64,000 bases of DNA from Chloroflexota bacterium (GCA_963663275.1 OY760183.1:800001-864000); one strand, 5' to 3'. Positions 23,945 through 34,190 are shown, numbered from the stretch's first letter. Numbers and translations: made by a program. The notes: generated by a model from the sequence alone, not told the origin.

Positions 23945-24739
23945 ATGGACGTAACGCAGCATGAAGCAGGCATGTTCAGTTGGGCGGACCTGGGCACGCC
24001 GGACCTCGCGGGATCCAAGCAATTCTATACCACGCTCCTGGGGCTGGAAGCGTTCGACGTGCCGATGGGAGATAGCATGGGCTACAGCATCCTGCAGAAG
24101 CGGGGCCGGAACGTGTTTGCGCTCTACGACATGCCGGAGGACATGAAGCGGATGACCGGCGGGCGGCCGGTGTGGCAAAGCTACTTCACCGTGGCCGACG
24201 CCGGCGCGACCGCGGCGCGCGTCCGTGAGTTGGGCGGCACGGTGGCGCGGGAGCCGATCGACGTCATGGACGCGGGCCGGATGGTTGCCGTGCAGGACCC
24301 TACCGGCGGGTTCTTTGCCGTCTGGCAGCCGAACACCCAGATCGGCGCGGAGGTCTTCGGCGAACCGGGCGCGCTGGCGTGGAACGAACTCTACACCCAC
24401 GATACCGCCGCGGCCGCGCAATTCTACACGGGTCTCTTCGGCTGGGACATGGAGAAAACGCAAAGCGGCGACGGCGGCGAGTACAATCTGTTTAGTATCG
24501 GCGGCAAGCCAGCGGCCGGCATGATGGCGATTCGGGAGGAATGGGGGCCGATGCCGCCTAACTGGTCGATCTACCTCGCCGTGGCAGACCTGGACGCCTC
24601 TCTGGCGCAGTTGCAGAGCCTCGGCGGACAGCAGATCTCTCCGGCCATGGCGGTGGACGGCGTCGGGCGGTTCGCCTTCACGTGCGATCCGCAAGGGGCC
24701 TACTGCACCATCATCGAGCCGGAGCCTCACGCAGGCTAG
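23945..24739 (+). CDS. VOC/glyoxalase family protein (two-domain, Cfp32-like)
   Basis: FSWADLGTPD...WQSYFTVAD...DPTGGFFAVWQ and WNELYTHD...WSIYLAVAD...DPQGA repeats. Confidence 0.88.
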   Translation: MDVTQHEAGMFSWADLGTPDLAGSKQFYTTLLGLEAFDVPMGDSMGYSILQKRGRNVFALYDMPEDMKRMTGGRPVWQSYFTVADAGATAARVRELGGTVAREPIDVMDAGRMVAVQDPTGGFFAVWQPNTQIGAEVFGEPGALAWNELYTHDTAAAAQFYTGLFGWDMEKTQSGDGGEYNLFSIGGKPAAGMMAIREEWGPMPPNWSIYLAVADLDASLAQLQSLGGQQISPAMAVDGVGRFAFTCDPQGAYCTIIEPEPHAG

Positions 24740-24932
24740 AGACGGCTCAGCAATTCTCGAGACCACCGTAGCGCGGGGGCTTGTCCCCCGCCTCTGGATT
24801 CTGGTTTGCGTTGACGTGACGACGGCGTACGCAGGTTACAAACCTGCGCTACCGGAGGGGAACCGCCTAAGTCGGCTATCTTCATGGCAATGACGGCGGC
24901 TTCAGTTTACGCGACGCTGCCGACAGAAATCT

Positions 24933-26228
24933 CTACGCCAACCCCATCCGCTTAAATGAGGCATCGACGTGGCGCAGGTGGCGGCGCGCGTCGAAGAGCG
25001 CGTCGATCTCCGCCTCGTCGAGGTGCGCCCGCACCCGCGGATCGCCTTTTAGGAGAGCGCCGAAGTCCCCGCCCGTTTCCCACGCGGCGGTGGCGTGTTC
25101 CTGCACAATGGCGTACGCCTCCTGGCGCGTCAGTCCCTTATCGATCAGGGCCAGCAGCGCCGCCTCGCTGAAGACCAGGCCGCGCGTTTGTTCGAGGTTG
25201 CGCGCCATGTTCTCCGGGTACACGCGCAGGTCGGCCATGACGCGGCTGAAGAGGTCGAGCATGTAGTCGAGGATGACGCAAGAATCGGGCAGAATAACCC
25301 GTTCGGGCGCGGAGTTGGTGATGTCGCGCTCGTGCCAGAGCGCCACGTTCTCCAGGGCCGTGAGCGCGTAGGAGCGCAGCAGGCGGGCGAGGCCGCAGAT
25401 GCGCTCGCAGCGGGCGGGGTTGCGCTTGTGGGGCATAGCGGACGACCCCACGCGCCCGCGCTCGAACGGCTCCTCCACCTCCAAGACCTCGGTGCGCTGG
25501 AGGTTGCGGATTTCAGTGGCGAACTTATCGAGTGACGCGCCGATCACCGCCAACGTGGTGACGAAGTCGGCGTGGCGGTCGCGCTGGATGATCTGCGTCG
25601 AGGTGGGCGCCACCGCGAGACCGAGCATAGCGCACACCCGGTCTTCGATTGCCGGCGGCACGTTGGCGTGGGTGCCCACCGCGCCGGAAACCTTACCCAC
25701 CGCCACCTGCGCCCGCGCCGCCGCCAGCCGCGCTCGGTTGCGGCGCATCTCGTCCACCCACACCAGCAGCTTGTAGCCGAACGTAATCGGCTCGGCCTGG
25801 ACGCCGTGAGTGCGCCCAATCTGCGGCAGATCCTTATAACGAACGGCCGCTTCTTCCAGCACCCGGCTCAGCGCGTCGATGCCCTCCAGCAGCACGTCGG
25901 CGGCGTCCCGCAAACGCAAACCGGTGGCCGTATCCTCCACGTCGTAGGAGGTCAAGCCCAGGTGGAGGAAGCGGCTCTCGTCGCCCAATTGCTCGGCGAC
26001 CGCCATGAGAAAGGCGTTCAGGTCGTGGTCGATCTCCCGCTCGATGGCCGCGATGCGTTCCAGGGACGGGTTCTGCGCCTGCCGCAGCTTGGCCATAGCG
26101 TCCGCCGGAACCTTGCCGTGCTCCGTCCACGCCTCGCACACGGCAAGTTCCACCCGGAGCCACGTGCCAAATTTGTGCTCCTCAGACCAAATCGCGCCCA
26201 TCGCCGGGCGCGTGTAGCGGGGAATCAT
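24933..26228 (-). CDS. purB: Adenylosuccinate lyase
   Basis: MIPRYTRP, HLGLTSYD, GRTHG, GSSAMPHKRNP and LWHERDI motifs. Confidence 0.96.
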   Translation of the reverse strand: MIPRYTRPAMGAIWSEEHKFGTWLRVELAVCEAWTEHGKVPADAMAKLRQAQNPSLERIAAIEREIDHDLNAFLMAVAEQLGDESRFLHLGLTSYDVEDTATGLRLRDAADVLLEGIDALSRVLEEAAVRYKDLPQIGRTHGVQAEPITFGYKLLVWVDEMRRNRARLAAARAQVAVGKVSGAVGTHANVPPAIEDRVCAMLGLAVAPTSTQIIQRDRHADFVTTLAVIGASLDKFATEIRNLQRTEVLEVEEPFERGRVGSSAMPHKRNPARCERICGLARLLRSYALTALENVALWHERDITNSAPERVILPDSCVILDYMLDLFSRVMADLRVYPENMARNLEQTRGLVFSEAALLALIDKGLTRQEAYAIVQEHATAAWETGGDFGALLKGDPRVRAHLDEAEIDALFDARRHLRHVDASFKRMGLA

Positions 26229-26377
26229 CGCTGCACGCCTAGAATCTTGAGACAATTACACGAGCGGTAGGGAATCTGCGAAACCACTTGCCATTCTAGG
26301 AGAAGGCCCGTGCCTTGTCCAACAACGACCGCCGGGCAAAAAGCTCCCTCTCCCTGGGCTGACTAGGGTGTGTAAAT

Positions 26378-26469
26378 GTCATTCCGAGCGGAGCGAGGAA
26401 TCTAGAATCCTGGACTTTTGGGCCCCCTCCCTAGATTCCTCTCTCCGCTGCGCTCCGCTCGGAATGACA
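26378..26469. repeat. REP family E inverted doublet (GTCATTCCGAGCGGAGCG...AGGAATCT)
   Basis: gtcattccgagcggagcg ... cgctccgctcggaatgac inverted arms; same family at ~37877 and ~47430. Confidence 0.8.
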
Positions 26470-26722
26470 CGTTAAGCCGATTCAAGACTGCCTACCTCTG
26501 TCAGCAGCTCCCTGGTGAGAGGGGAAATTCCGGTTGTTTTCGTCCGACCTTACGGGCTTAGCAGCATTGGGCAAAGGGCACCCCGCGCCCCAATTGGCGC
26601 CAGCCTTCCCAAAATTAGCCCCCACAATCCGTAGCTTGTCCCGCACACCCGTAGACTAGCCCCACATCCGCTCGCACTGAGCCTGTCGAAGTGCGAACGG
26701 ATGGATTGCAACGCGCAATGCG

Positions 26723-27001
26723 TCACCGACCGCCGGCCATGGCGGGGATCACCGAAACCTCGTCGCCATCCGCGAGCGCGGTGTCCTTGCCCTGGAGCGT
26801 GCGCACTTCTTCCGAATTGACGTAGACGTTCAGGTAGCCGGGAATGTCGCCGTGTTCGTCGGCGATCTGCGCGCCGATGCCGGGGAAGCGCCGCTCGAGT
26901 TCCTGCAAGAGTTGCGCCACGGTCGCCGCTTCCAACTCGACCCGCGACTGGTTGCCGGTAAAGCGGCGGTACGGTGTGGGAATATAGACGTTCACACCCA
27001 T
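26723..27001 (-). CDS. MoaD/ThiS/CysO-like ubiquitin-fold sulfur carrier
   Basis: VYIPTPYRRFTG...NVYVN.E...LADGDEVSVIPAMAGG-R. Confidence 0.85.
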   Translation of the reverse strand: MGVNVYIPTPYRRFTGNQSRVELEAATVAQLLQELERRFPGIGAQIADEHGDIPGYLNVYVNSEEVRTLQGKDTALADGDEVSVIPAMAGGR

Positions 27002-27265
27002 GGGGAGGGGCCCTCACTCACTCTTTCATGTTGGGTTACGATGCAACGGGAGAATGGTCTCATACACCATCATAAGCTATATCAGCGGCGCATCTCAACG
27101 TGCCGGCGGGTGCGCCGCGCGCGGCCCTCGCCAGGGGCGCTCCCCGCTAGGCAAGCGGCGCGCGGCAGCGGTAAGATGTAAGCGGATGTCGCTTACGTGT
27201 CCGCTCTCGCGCGGGCGCGTGTGCGCAATTAACCGTATGCCAAGACAATTCAGGAGACTCTCGCT

Positions 27266-28048
27266 ATGGCGGAAGGTAACGGGCGGCCGGAACTCTTCGA
27301 CGTGAACGTCTCGCTGGGGCCGCTGCCGCAGCGTCCGCCGGGCGCGCCGGTGGACGCTGCCAGCCTGCTGGCGCTGCTGGACGAATATGACATTGGGCGC
27401 GCGCTGGTGTCCCACACCGTCGCCAAGTGGCACCATCCAACGGACGGCAACCGGCGGCTGCTGGAGGCGATTGCCGGCGAACCGCGCCTGGCGCCCTGCT
27501 GGGTGGTGATGCCCGCCGCCACGGGCGAAGTTCCGCCGGAAACGGAACAGGTGGCCCAACTGCTGGCGGCCGGCGCGCGCGCCGCGCGGCTTTGTCCCAA
27601 GACGCACGGGCTGGTGCTGGAACCGTGGGTGATCGCGCCGCTGGCGGAGGCCCTGGCCGCGAAGCGCGTGCCGGTGCTGCTCGACTTCGACAACGCCCAC
27701 TACAGCGAACCCCGGCACTGGGACTTCATCGCCTGGCTGCTGGAGGCGTATCCCGACCTGCCGGTGATTCTCTTGCGGCAGTCCCACGCCGACTTCCGCG
27801 TGCTCTTTCCCTTGATGAACCGTTCGCCAAACCTCTACGTGGAGACCTCGTATCTGGGCGGCCACAGCGCCCTGATCGAACTGGTGGAACGGTACGGCGC
27901 GGAGCGCTTCATCTTCGGCACTGGCCTGCCGGTATTCGAACCGGCCCTGCCTATCACCACGCTCTCCTACGGCGGCCTGGACCCGGCGGCGCGCGCGGGC
28001 ATCGCGGGCAAGAGCCTGCAACGCCTCCTGGACGGCTGCCTGGTATAG
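27266..28048 (+). CDS. Amidohydrolase_2-like TIM-barrel protein (degenerate metal site)
   Basis: PNLYVETS and GAERFIFGTGLP motifs; N-terminal HxH position reads DVNVS. Confidence 0.75.
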   Translation: MAEGNGRPELFDVNVSLGPLPQRPPGAPVDAASLLALLDEYDIGRALVSHTVAKWHHPTDGNRRLLEAIAGEPRLAPCWVVMPAATGEVPPETEQVAQLLAAGARAARLCPKTHGLVLEPWVIAPLAEALAAKRVPVLLDFDNAHYSEPRHWDFIAWLLEAYPDLPVILLRQSHADFRVLFPLMNRSPNLYVETSYLGGHSALIELVERYGAERFIFGTGLPVFEPALPITTLSYGGLDPAARAGIAGKSLQRLLDGCLV

Positions 28049-28257
28049 AGAACGAGCGGTGACACGTTCATGTGCCGCGTGGCGATAGATTCCCGCTATC
28101 CGGGGAACAACGGGATTTATGGCTCCTGCCGTAGCGCGGGGGCTTGTCCCCCGCTTGGGATGTAACCTACACCGCGCCGGAAGATAGATTCCGGTTTCCG
28201 CCGGAAGGACAGACGTAGGGTTAGCAGTTTCCATGGTATTGCTGGGGTAAGCGACAC

Positions 28258-28947
28258 ATGGGCAATGAAGAGCAGAACGACATCAGCAATGACTTGCACG
28301 ACGTTGCCGACGAGTTGCGGGCGATTGGGCAGACCGGGCTTTTCTACGCCCGGCGGGAGGATGACGAGTACGACGTTGCCCGCTACGAGCGGGTGTTGGC
28401 GTTGGCGGCGCGTGTGTTTGCGCTGACGGATACGCGCGCGGCGGCGGAGATTCTGGCGGTCTACAACGGCGACATCGACGTGCAGACGCCAAAAGTGGCG
28501 GCGTTTGGCGCGGTTTTCGATCCGCAGGGCCGGTTGCTGCTCATCCAACGGTCGGACAACCGGATGTGGGCGATGCCGGGCGGCATGGTGGAAGTGGGCG
28601 AGACGGCGGCCCAAGCGGCGGAACGCGAAATCTGGGAGGAAACCGGCGTGCGCGTGCGGGCTGAACGCCTGATCGGCATCTACGACAACCGCGCCTACGG
28701 CGGACGCGCGCCGTTTCAAACCTATTTGGTCGGCTTCCTGTGCGCGCACGTTGCCGGCGCGCCGCACCCCACCAGCGAAGCCCTGGACGTGGGGTATTTC
28801 CCCGAGGACGCGCTGCCGCCGCTGACGCCCGGCGCGCGCGACCGCGTGCCGCAGGCGTTCGCCTGGCAGCGCGGCGAGCGCACTGAACCGCACTTCGAAC
28901 GCGAGATTACGCTGCCGGGCGCGGCGGAGGCGCGGAGAGACGGTTAG
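28258..28947 (+). CDS. Nudix hydrolase with N-terminal extension (YjhB/ADP-ribose pyrophosphatase-like)
   Basis: Nudix box GGMVEVGETAAQAAEREIWEETG; ELRAIGQTGL...YD..RY and TPKV motifs. Confidence 0.88.
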   Translation: MGNEEQNDISNDLHDVADELRAIGQTGLFYARREDDEYDVARYERVLALAARVFALTDTRAAAEILAVYNGDIDVQTPKVAAFGAVFDPQGRLLLIQRSDNRMWAMPGGMVEVGETAAQAAEREIWEETGVRVRAERLIGIYDNRAYGGRAPFQTYLVGFLCAHVAGAPHPTSEALDVGYFPEDALPPLTPGARDRVPQAFAWQRGERTEPHFEREITLPGAAEARRDG

Positions 28948-28976
28948 CGCGAGAACGTAGCGCGGGGGCTTGTCCC

Positions 28977-29137
28977 TAGTGTCGTCGCATTAACCCGATG
29001 AGAATGAAAACTACGCTCTTTTCTCCGGTAGCGCAGGTTTGTAACCTGCGTCTTCCGCAGGGTCAATCCATTCCGTCAACACTTTTTTTGTTCCGGCGGG
29101 GGACAAGCCCCCGCGCTACGTTAATGCGACAACATTA
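28977..29137. mobile_element. Non-autonomous MITE-like element (161 bp), 18-bp TIRs, 11-bp target duplication, inserted in a REP A palindrome
   Basis: Left TAGTGTCGTCGCATTAAC, right GTTAATGCGACAACATTA; GGGCTTGTCCC at 28966-28976 and 29138-29148. Confidence 0.85.
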
Positions 29138-29197
29138 GGGCTTGTCCCCCGCCTCGCGGCCAGGAACGCAAACGCCATGCGGGCCTGCGCCGATGTC

Positions 29198-29227
29198 TTG
29201 TCCGTGGCCGCTTGCCAATGCTACAAT
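29198..29227 (+). promoter_or_regulatory. Probable sigma70 promoter of tRNA-Lys
   Basis: TTGTCC-18 nt-TACAAT with an extended TG. Confidence 0.5.
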
Positions 29228-29252
29228 GCAGGCAAGCCCACACTGCGCTTTC

Positions 29253-29325
<73 letters not shown>

Positions 29326-29529
29326 CCCAACAGTGCGCATAGCGAAACGCCTTGGCCGCGTGCGGGAATTTTCTAGACTCCGAGCCAAGAGGCGGGGGGC
29401 AAGCCCCCGCGCTACGGTCTGGCGAAGCGCCGAGAGGCGGGGGACAAGCCCCCGCGCTACGGTTCGGCGAAGCGGCCGACTGCAAGCGCACTATTCCTTG
29501 CGCGCACGAGGACACAAACGGCTCTATCC

Positions 29530-30312
29530 ATGCTGATTGACACCCACACCTGCATCGGTCATTGGGGGTTTCGTCCGTTGCCGTGGCGCGGGGCGGAAGG
29601 CCTCCTGCGCGCCATGGACCGCCACGGCATCGACCAGGCGTGGGTATCGTCCGCCAGCGCCATTCTCTACCGCAACGCCCACGCTGGCAACGAGGAACTC
29701 CACGCCGAGGCGCGCCAACACCGGGACCGCCTCGTGCCGTTCGCGGTCATCAATCCGACGTATGTCGATTGGGAACACGACCTTGCGGTCTGCCACGAGG
29801 AGTTCGGCTGCCGCGGCGTGCGGCTCTATCCGCCCTATCATCGCTACACCCTGCGCGATCCCGCCTGCCGCGAACTGGTGGAGGCGGCCATTGCCCGCGA
29901 TCTGGTGATTTCCGTGCCCCATTGGGTGGAGGACGACCGCGAACGCTCATGGCTCATCACCCAACCGGGCATCACGCCGGTGGCGGACATGGCGGACTTG
30001 GCGCGGGCGCATCCGGACGGACGCTTCGTCTTCCACTACGGCATTGGCTTTGAGGGGACGCTTCTCGGCCGGCGCGGCGGCGTGGAGGCCGATTACGGGC
30101 TGGACATCGCCCGGCTGCCGGTGTTCGTGAAAGAGGAGTTACCAACACTCATCGCAACCATCGGCCCGGAGCGGCTGGTCTTTGGCAGCGGCATGCCGCT
30201 CACGCCGGCCGACGTGCCGCTCTTCAAGCTGGAAGTCCTCGACGCGCCGGATGCGGTGAAGGAGCACATCCGCTGGCGCAACGCGCAGCGGCTGCTTGGT
30301 GAGCGAGACTAG
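29530..30312 (+). CDS. Amidohydrolase_2 family protein
   Basis: IDTHTCIG, GVRLYPPYH, ERLVFGSGMP and WRNAQRLL motifs. Confidence 0.85.
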   Translation: MLIDTHTCIGHWGFRPLPWRGAEGLLRAMDRHGIDQAWVSSASAILYRNAHAGNEELHAEARQHRDRLVPFAVINPTYVDWEHDLAVCHEEFGCRGVRLYPPYHRYTLRDPACRELVEAAIARDLVISVPHWVEDDRERSWLITQPGITPVADMADLARAHPDGRFVFHYGIGFEGTLLGRRGGVEADYGLDIARLPVFVKEELPTLIATIGPERLVFGSGMPLTPADVPLFKLEVLDAPDAVKEHIRWRNAQRLLGERD

Positions 30313-30587
30313 AGGGTGTGCGAGGAGCGTGCGCACAGCCGTTCGCCTTGAGCCTGTCGAAAGGTGAACGGCGGGTTGGTTGTGGCGCACTGTACTACCC
30401 GCTCATACTTCGACGGGCTCAGCACGAACGGGTAGTACAGTGCTGATTAGCTTTATGCGACAGTATTGGGGCTTGTCCCCCGCATCCGGCGGCGAACGTG
30501 TTGCGCGGCGTACACCGGTCCGTTAGCCCCCGGCGCGGGGTTGTCAAGAATACAAGCTCAAGCCATAGCGGCTGAAAGGTCATCGCG

Positions 30588-31361
30588 GTGGTAATCGACT
30601 GTCACGCGCATCTCTCCGGCGAGCACACCGGCCTCACGCGCATCTGGGGTTCCAGCGACGCCGCGCTCATCGCCGCCGCCGACCGGGTGGGCATCGACGT
30701 AAGCTGCGCCTCGATTCTCACCACCGCTTTGCCCGCCCCGCTGGCGGATTTCCAGGAGTGCAACCGCCAACTGGCCGCCGTCATCGAACGGTACCCCGCC
30801 AAAGTGCGCGGCTACTGCTACGTGAACCCCGGCTACACGCGGGAGGCGCTGCGGGAGATTCGCCACTACGTGGAGGAGCGCGGCTTCATCGGGATAAAAC
30901 TCTACAACGAGTACGTCTGCACCGATCCCATTCTCTATCCCATCGTCGAACTGGCGATCGAGCTTGGCGTGCCGATTCTCTACCACGCCAGCCACCAGCA
31001 CCGGCCCGTACCCGGGCAGCCCAACATCTCGGATAGCGGCGATCTGGCCGCGCTGGCCGCGCGCTACCCGGAGGCCATGCTGATCTGCGCCCACATCGGG
31101 GGCGGCGGCGACTGGGAGTGGACGATCAAAGCGGCGCGCAACACCCCGAACCTCTACCTCGACACCAGCGGCAGCGTCTTCGATAGCGGCATGGTCCAGA
31201 TGGCCGTGCGCGTCGTCGGCGCGGAGCGGGTGCTCTTCGGCTGCGACACGTCGTTCACCGCCGGCATCGGCAAACTGCGCGCCGCTTCCCTGAGTGATGA
31301 AGCGCGCGCGCTCATCATGGGCGGCAACATGGAGCGCATCCTGGCCATGCGGCGGGCCTGA
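30588..31361 (+). CDS. Amidohydrolase_2 family protein (intact HxH)
   Basis: IDCHAH, GIKL, PILYH, CAHIGGG, NLYLDTSGS and ERVLFGCD motifs. Confidence 0.88.
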   Translation: MVIDCHAHLSGEHTGLTRIWGSSDAALIAAADRVGIDVSCASILTTALPAPLADFQECNRQLAAVIERYPAKVRGYCYVNPGYTREALREIRHYVEERGFIGIKLYNEYVCTDPILYPIVELAIELGVPILYHASHQHRPVPGQPNISDSGDLAALAARYPEAMLICAHIGGGGDWEWTIKAARNTPNLYLDTSGSVFDSGMVQMAVRVVGAERVLFGCDTSFTAGIGKLRAASLSDEARALIMGGNMERILAMRRA

Positions 31362-31471
31362 CGGCGCGGCGAGGTCGTACCGTTGGGCACAAACGACCGT
31401 AGCGCGGCGCGCAAACCTCGCGGCCTTCCGCCGACGCCTGCCTCAATCTCAATGCCGTTCATTATCTTGCG

Positions 31472-31507
31472 TTGACAGTAGGAAATAGTGAGGAGTACAC
31501 TCTTTCC
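31472..31507 (+). promoter_or_regulatory. Sigma70 promoter overlapped by an inverted-repeat operator candidate
   Basis: TTGACA-18 nt-TACACT; GGAAATAGTG (31481-31490) / CACTCTTTCC (31498-31507). Confidence 0.55.
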
Positions 31508-31582
31508 AGTAGCGGGAGCAGGCTGAGGTAAAGGCGAAGGCGCTCCCGAGGAGTGAGTAGCGGCACATTGAGGAGAGCAGAG

Positions 31583-32953
31583 ATGCAGAACGTACAACCC
31601 TTTACCAGACGTAGATTGCTGGGCGCGTCGGCGCTGGGTTCCGCCGGGCTGGTCCTGGCCGCCTGCGGCCAGGTGCAGACCACGGGAGCGCCGATGGAGC
31701 AGGACGCGGAGGCGCCGAAAGAGGAAGCCGAGCAGCCGCAGTTCGTGGAGCGCGCGCCGGTCATCGCGTTGCTGATCAGCCAGCGCGAGGACACGATCGC
31801 CAAGACCGCGGCCACGCTGGAGCTTTTCGATACGGAACATCCCGAAGTCAACATTGCCTGGAAGTTGGGCTACCCGCCCCGCGAGTTGCCGCCGCTGGTA
31901 GCGGCCGGCTCGCCGCCGGACGTCTGCTGGTGGGGCGTGGCGCCGCACCAGGTTGCGGACATGGTCAAGGACCACCGCCCCATTCTGGCGGCGCACGGCG
32001 TCGACATCAGCGAGATCGTCGAGCCGGTGATCAAGGGCAATACCTGGCAGGGCAAACTGCTCGGCGTGCCCTACGGCCTGAACACGACGAGCATCTTCTA
32101 CAACAAAGATCACTTCGCCGCCGCCGGCCTCAATCCCCCGACGGACGAGACCACGTGGGAGCAAGTCCTGAACGATGCCGACGCCTTGACGGCGCACCTG
32201 AACCAGGGGCAGGAAAAGAAGACCGCCTGGGGCATCGCCATGAGTTCCTACATTCCGCAGTACCTGCCGTTCGTCTATGGCGGCATGTTGGATGAGGACG
32301 GCGAACTGGCCGCCGACCGCGAAATCGTGCTCCACATGGTGCAGATGATCAAGGATGCGTGGACCCGGCGGGAGGCCGCGCCCGGGCCGAACAACGAAGA
32401 CATCGATCTGAGCCGCTTTGCCATCGCGGCGTTCGGCCGACAGCAACTCAGCCAGGTCATCTTCGGCACGTGGGGTATCGTGCCGACACGGGATGCGGCG
32501 GAATTCGGGTTCGACTCCATCGAGCCGCCCTATCTCCAAATCGGCGGCGGACGCACCCGCGGCGCGTTCATGGGCCAGGAAGAGCACTTCGTGCTGGAAA
32601 GCAGCACCAATCCGGATGCGGAGACGCTGGTCGTTTGGTTCGCCAAGTCCACCCATCAAGAGTGGATGGGACAGCGCGGCCACGCCATTCCGGTGCATAT
32701 CCCGTCACAGCATTCCTTCGGCCCGCCGGAAGACAATCCGCACCCGGCCAACCAGTTGTCGTTCGCCCGCAGCGCGGGCTACGCCACGCCGTTCTGGCCG
32801 CATCCGGCCTACCGGAACTTCACCGGCGCGCTCAATACGCACCTGCGGCCGCACTTCCGGGAAGAGGACAATCTGACGTCGGAAGAGGCGGTGGAGAATG
32901 CGTTCGCGGCGCTGGAGCAGGCGATCGCGGACTGGAAGGCGGAGAACGCCTAA
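31583..32953 (+). CDS. ABC-type extracellular solute-binding lipoprotein (carbohydrate family 1-like), Tat signal
   Basis: TRRRLLG...LVLAACG twin-arginine + lipobox; AAGSPPDV, GKLLGVPY, IFYNKDHF and TWEQ motifs. Confidence 0.85.
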   Translation: MQNVQPFTRRRLLGASALGSAGLVLAACGQVQTTGAPMEQDAEAPKEEAEQPQFVERAPVIALLISQREDTIAKTAATLELFDTEHPEVNIAWKLGYPPRELPPLVAAGSPPDVCWWGVAPHQVADMVKDHRPILAAHGVDISEIVEPVIKGNTWQGKLLGVPYGLNTTSIFYNKDHFAAAGLNPPTDETTWEQVLNDADALTAHLNQGQEKKTAWGIAMSSYIPQYLPFVYGGMLDEDGELAADREIVLHMVQMIKDAWTRREAAPGPNNEDIDLSRFAIAAFGRQQLSQVIFGTWGIVPTRDAAEFGFDSIEPPYLQIGGGRTRGAFMGQEEHFVLESSTNPDAETLVVWFAKSTHQEWMGQRGHAIPVHIPSQHSFGPPEDNPHPANQLSFARSAGYATPFWPHPAYRNFTGALNTHLRPHFREEDNLTSEEAVENAFAALEQAIADWKAENA

Positions 32954-33027
32954 GCCCGACACACGAGTTTGCGGGCATTTCACGGCTTGCCGCGCGTAAC
33001 GCCGGGGAGTGTACCACTTGGAACGAC

Positions 33028-33170
33028 GTAGGGGCGGTTCGCGAACCGCCCCTACAAGATTCTGGGGAATCGCCCCTACGCGGTTGTGGCGAACCGCCCC
33101 CGGTGTACGTCGTCCCACGTGGGCGCACGAACCGCCTCTACGCGGTTGTGGCGAACCGCTCCTACGCGGT
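33028..33170. repeat. REP family C copy followed by degenerate tandem derivatives
   Basis: gtaggggcggttcgcgaaccgcccctac at 33028-33055; repeated ctacgcggttgtggcgaaccgc. Confidence 0.75.
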
Positions 33171-33194
33171 CTATCGCCCCCCGCTGAACGGCTG

Positions 33195-33995
33195 TCACTC
33201 TCGGCTGCCCGAAACTCGCGCGGCGGCGTCCGTGAACTCGCTTGCCGTGATCGATCCCGCCAGGCTGCGCGACTCGAACTGATGCAGCATCTCCGCCGTG
33301 CAAAAATCGGGGTCCAGGCCGGGCGCGCCGATGCTGGTGGTGCAGTCCCGCAGCACCATGACGCAGTAGCCGCGCTCGCGCATGGCGTAGACGCCGTAGT
33401 CGCGGTGGGGCACGCAGTAATTGGTCGCAAACCCGGCGTAGAAGAGGTAGCGGATGCGTTTATCCCGGCACAGGCGGTGCAGTTGGTCGCCGGTCGCGAT
33501 GACGTAGTCATCGTCCGCCGGCCACACGGCGCGGTCGATCGAGCGGGCTTCTTCATGTTGCCGGCGCAAGGGCATCCATTCTTCCCCATAGTGCGCTTCC
33601 AGGTTCGCCCACTTGCCTCGGCGCTGCGCAAAGTCCGGCGGCGGCCAATCCGCCATGGGCTTCTGTGGCGGGCAAAGCTCGCTTTCGCCGGCGTAGCGCA
33701 GCCACTGGGGGAATTTTCGCGCCACCGGCGGCGACGGCGCGTGCACAACCGCCACGCCCAGCGCGCGGCACACGTCCAACAGCGGACGGATGAGGTCGCG
33801 GCAAATCTGGGCGGAACGCTCGCCGTGACTCTCGATGGTCGGCTCGTCCCAGCAGTCCACCAGGACGACGGCGGCTTCAGCGGGCGGCACGCTTACCGGC
33901 GCGTACTTGAAGCCGAAGTGTTCTTCCCGGTACGGCAGGTCCGGCGCGCGCGGCTCGTGGATGAGAAAGCGCAGGTTCACGTCCAGGTTTGGCAT
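33195..33995 (-). CDS. Isochorismatase/cysteine hydrolase family protein
   Basis: AVVLVDCWD, LFYAGFATNYCV and VMVLRDCT motifs. Confidence 0.8.
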   Translation of the reverse strand: MPNLDVNLRFLIHEPRAPDLPYREEHFGFKYAPVSVPPAEAAVVLVDCWDEPTIESHGERSAQICRDLIRPLLDVCRALGVAVVHAPSPPVARKFPQWLRYAGESELCPPQKPMADWPPPDFAQRRGKWANLEAHYGEEWMPLRRQHEEARSIDRAVWPADDDYVIATGDQLHRLCRDKRIRYLFYAGFATNYCVPHRDYGVYAMRERGYCVMVLRDCTTSIGAPGLDPDFCTAEMLHQFESRSLAGSITASEFTDAAARVSGSRE

Positions 33996-34161
33996 GTCCG
34001 TTTCCCCCTTGAATCGTGGCGGCTTAGCGTCCCTTGGCGGTGCACGCATACAAGCATACCTGTGCGTTCACGCTCAGTGCACATTCCTGTGAACGGGCTG
34101 TGGCAAGTCTCGCTATTCGATGCGCGTGATGCGTGCGACATCGCCTGTGCAGCCCGGAGAA

Positions 34162-34190
34162 TTGATAGCTGGCGGGGACGCCACTATAAT
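34162..34190 (+). promoter_or_regulatory. Sigma70 promoter
   Basis: TTGATA-17 nt-TATAAT, ~40 bp before the GTG at 34232. Confidence 0.65.
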
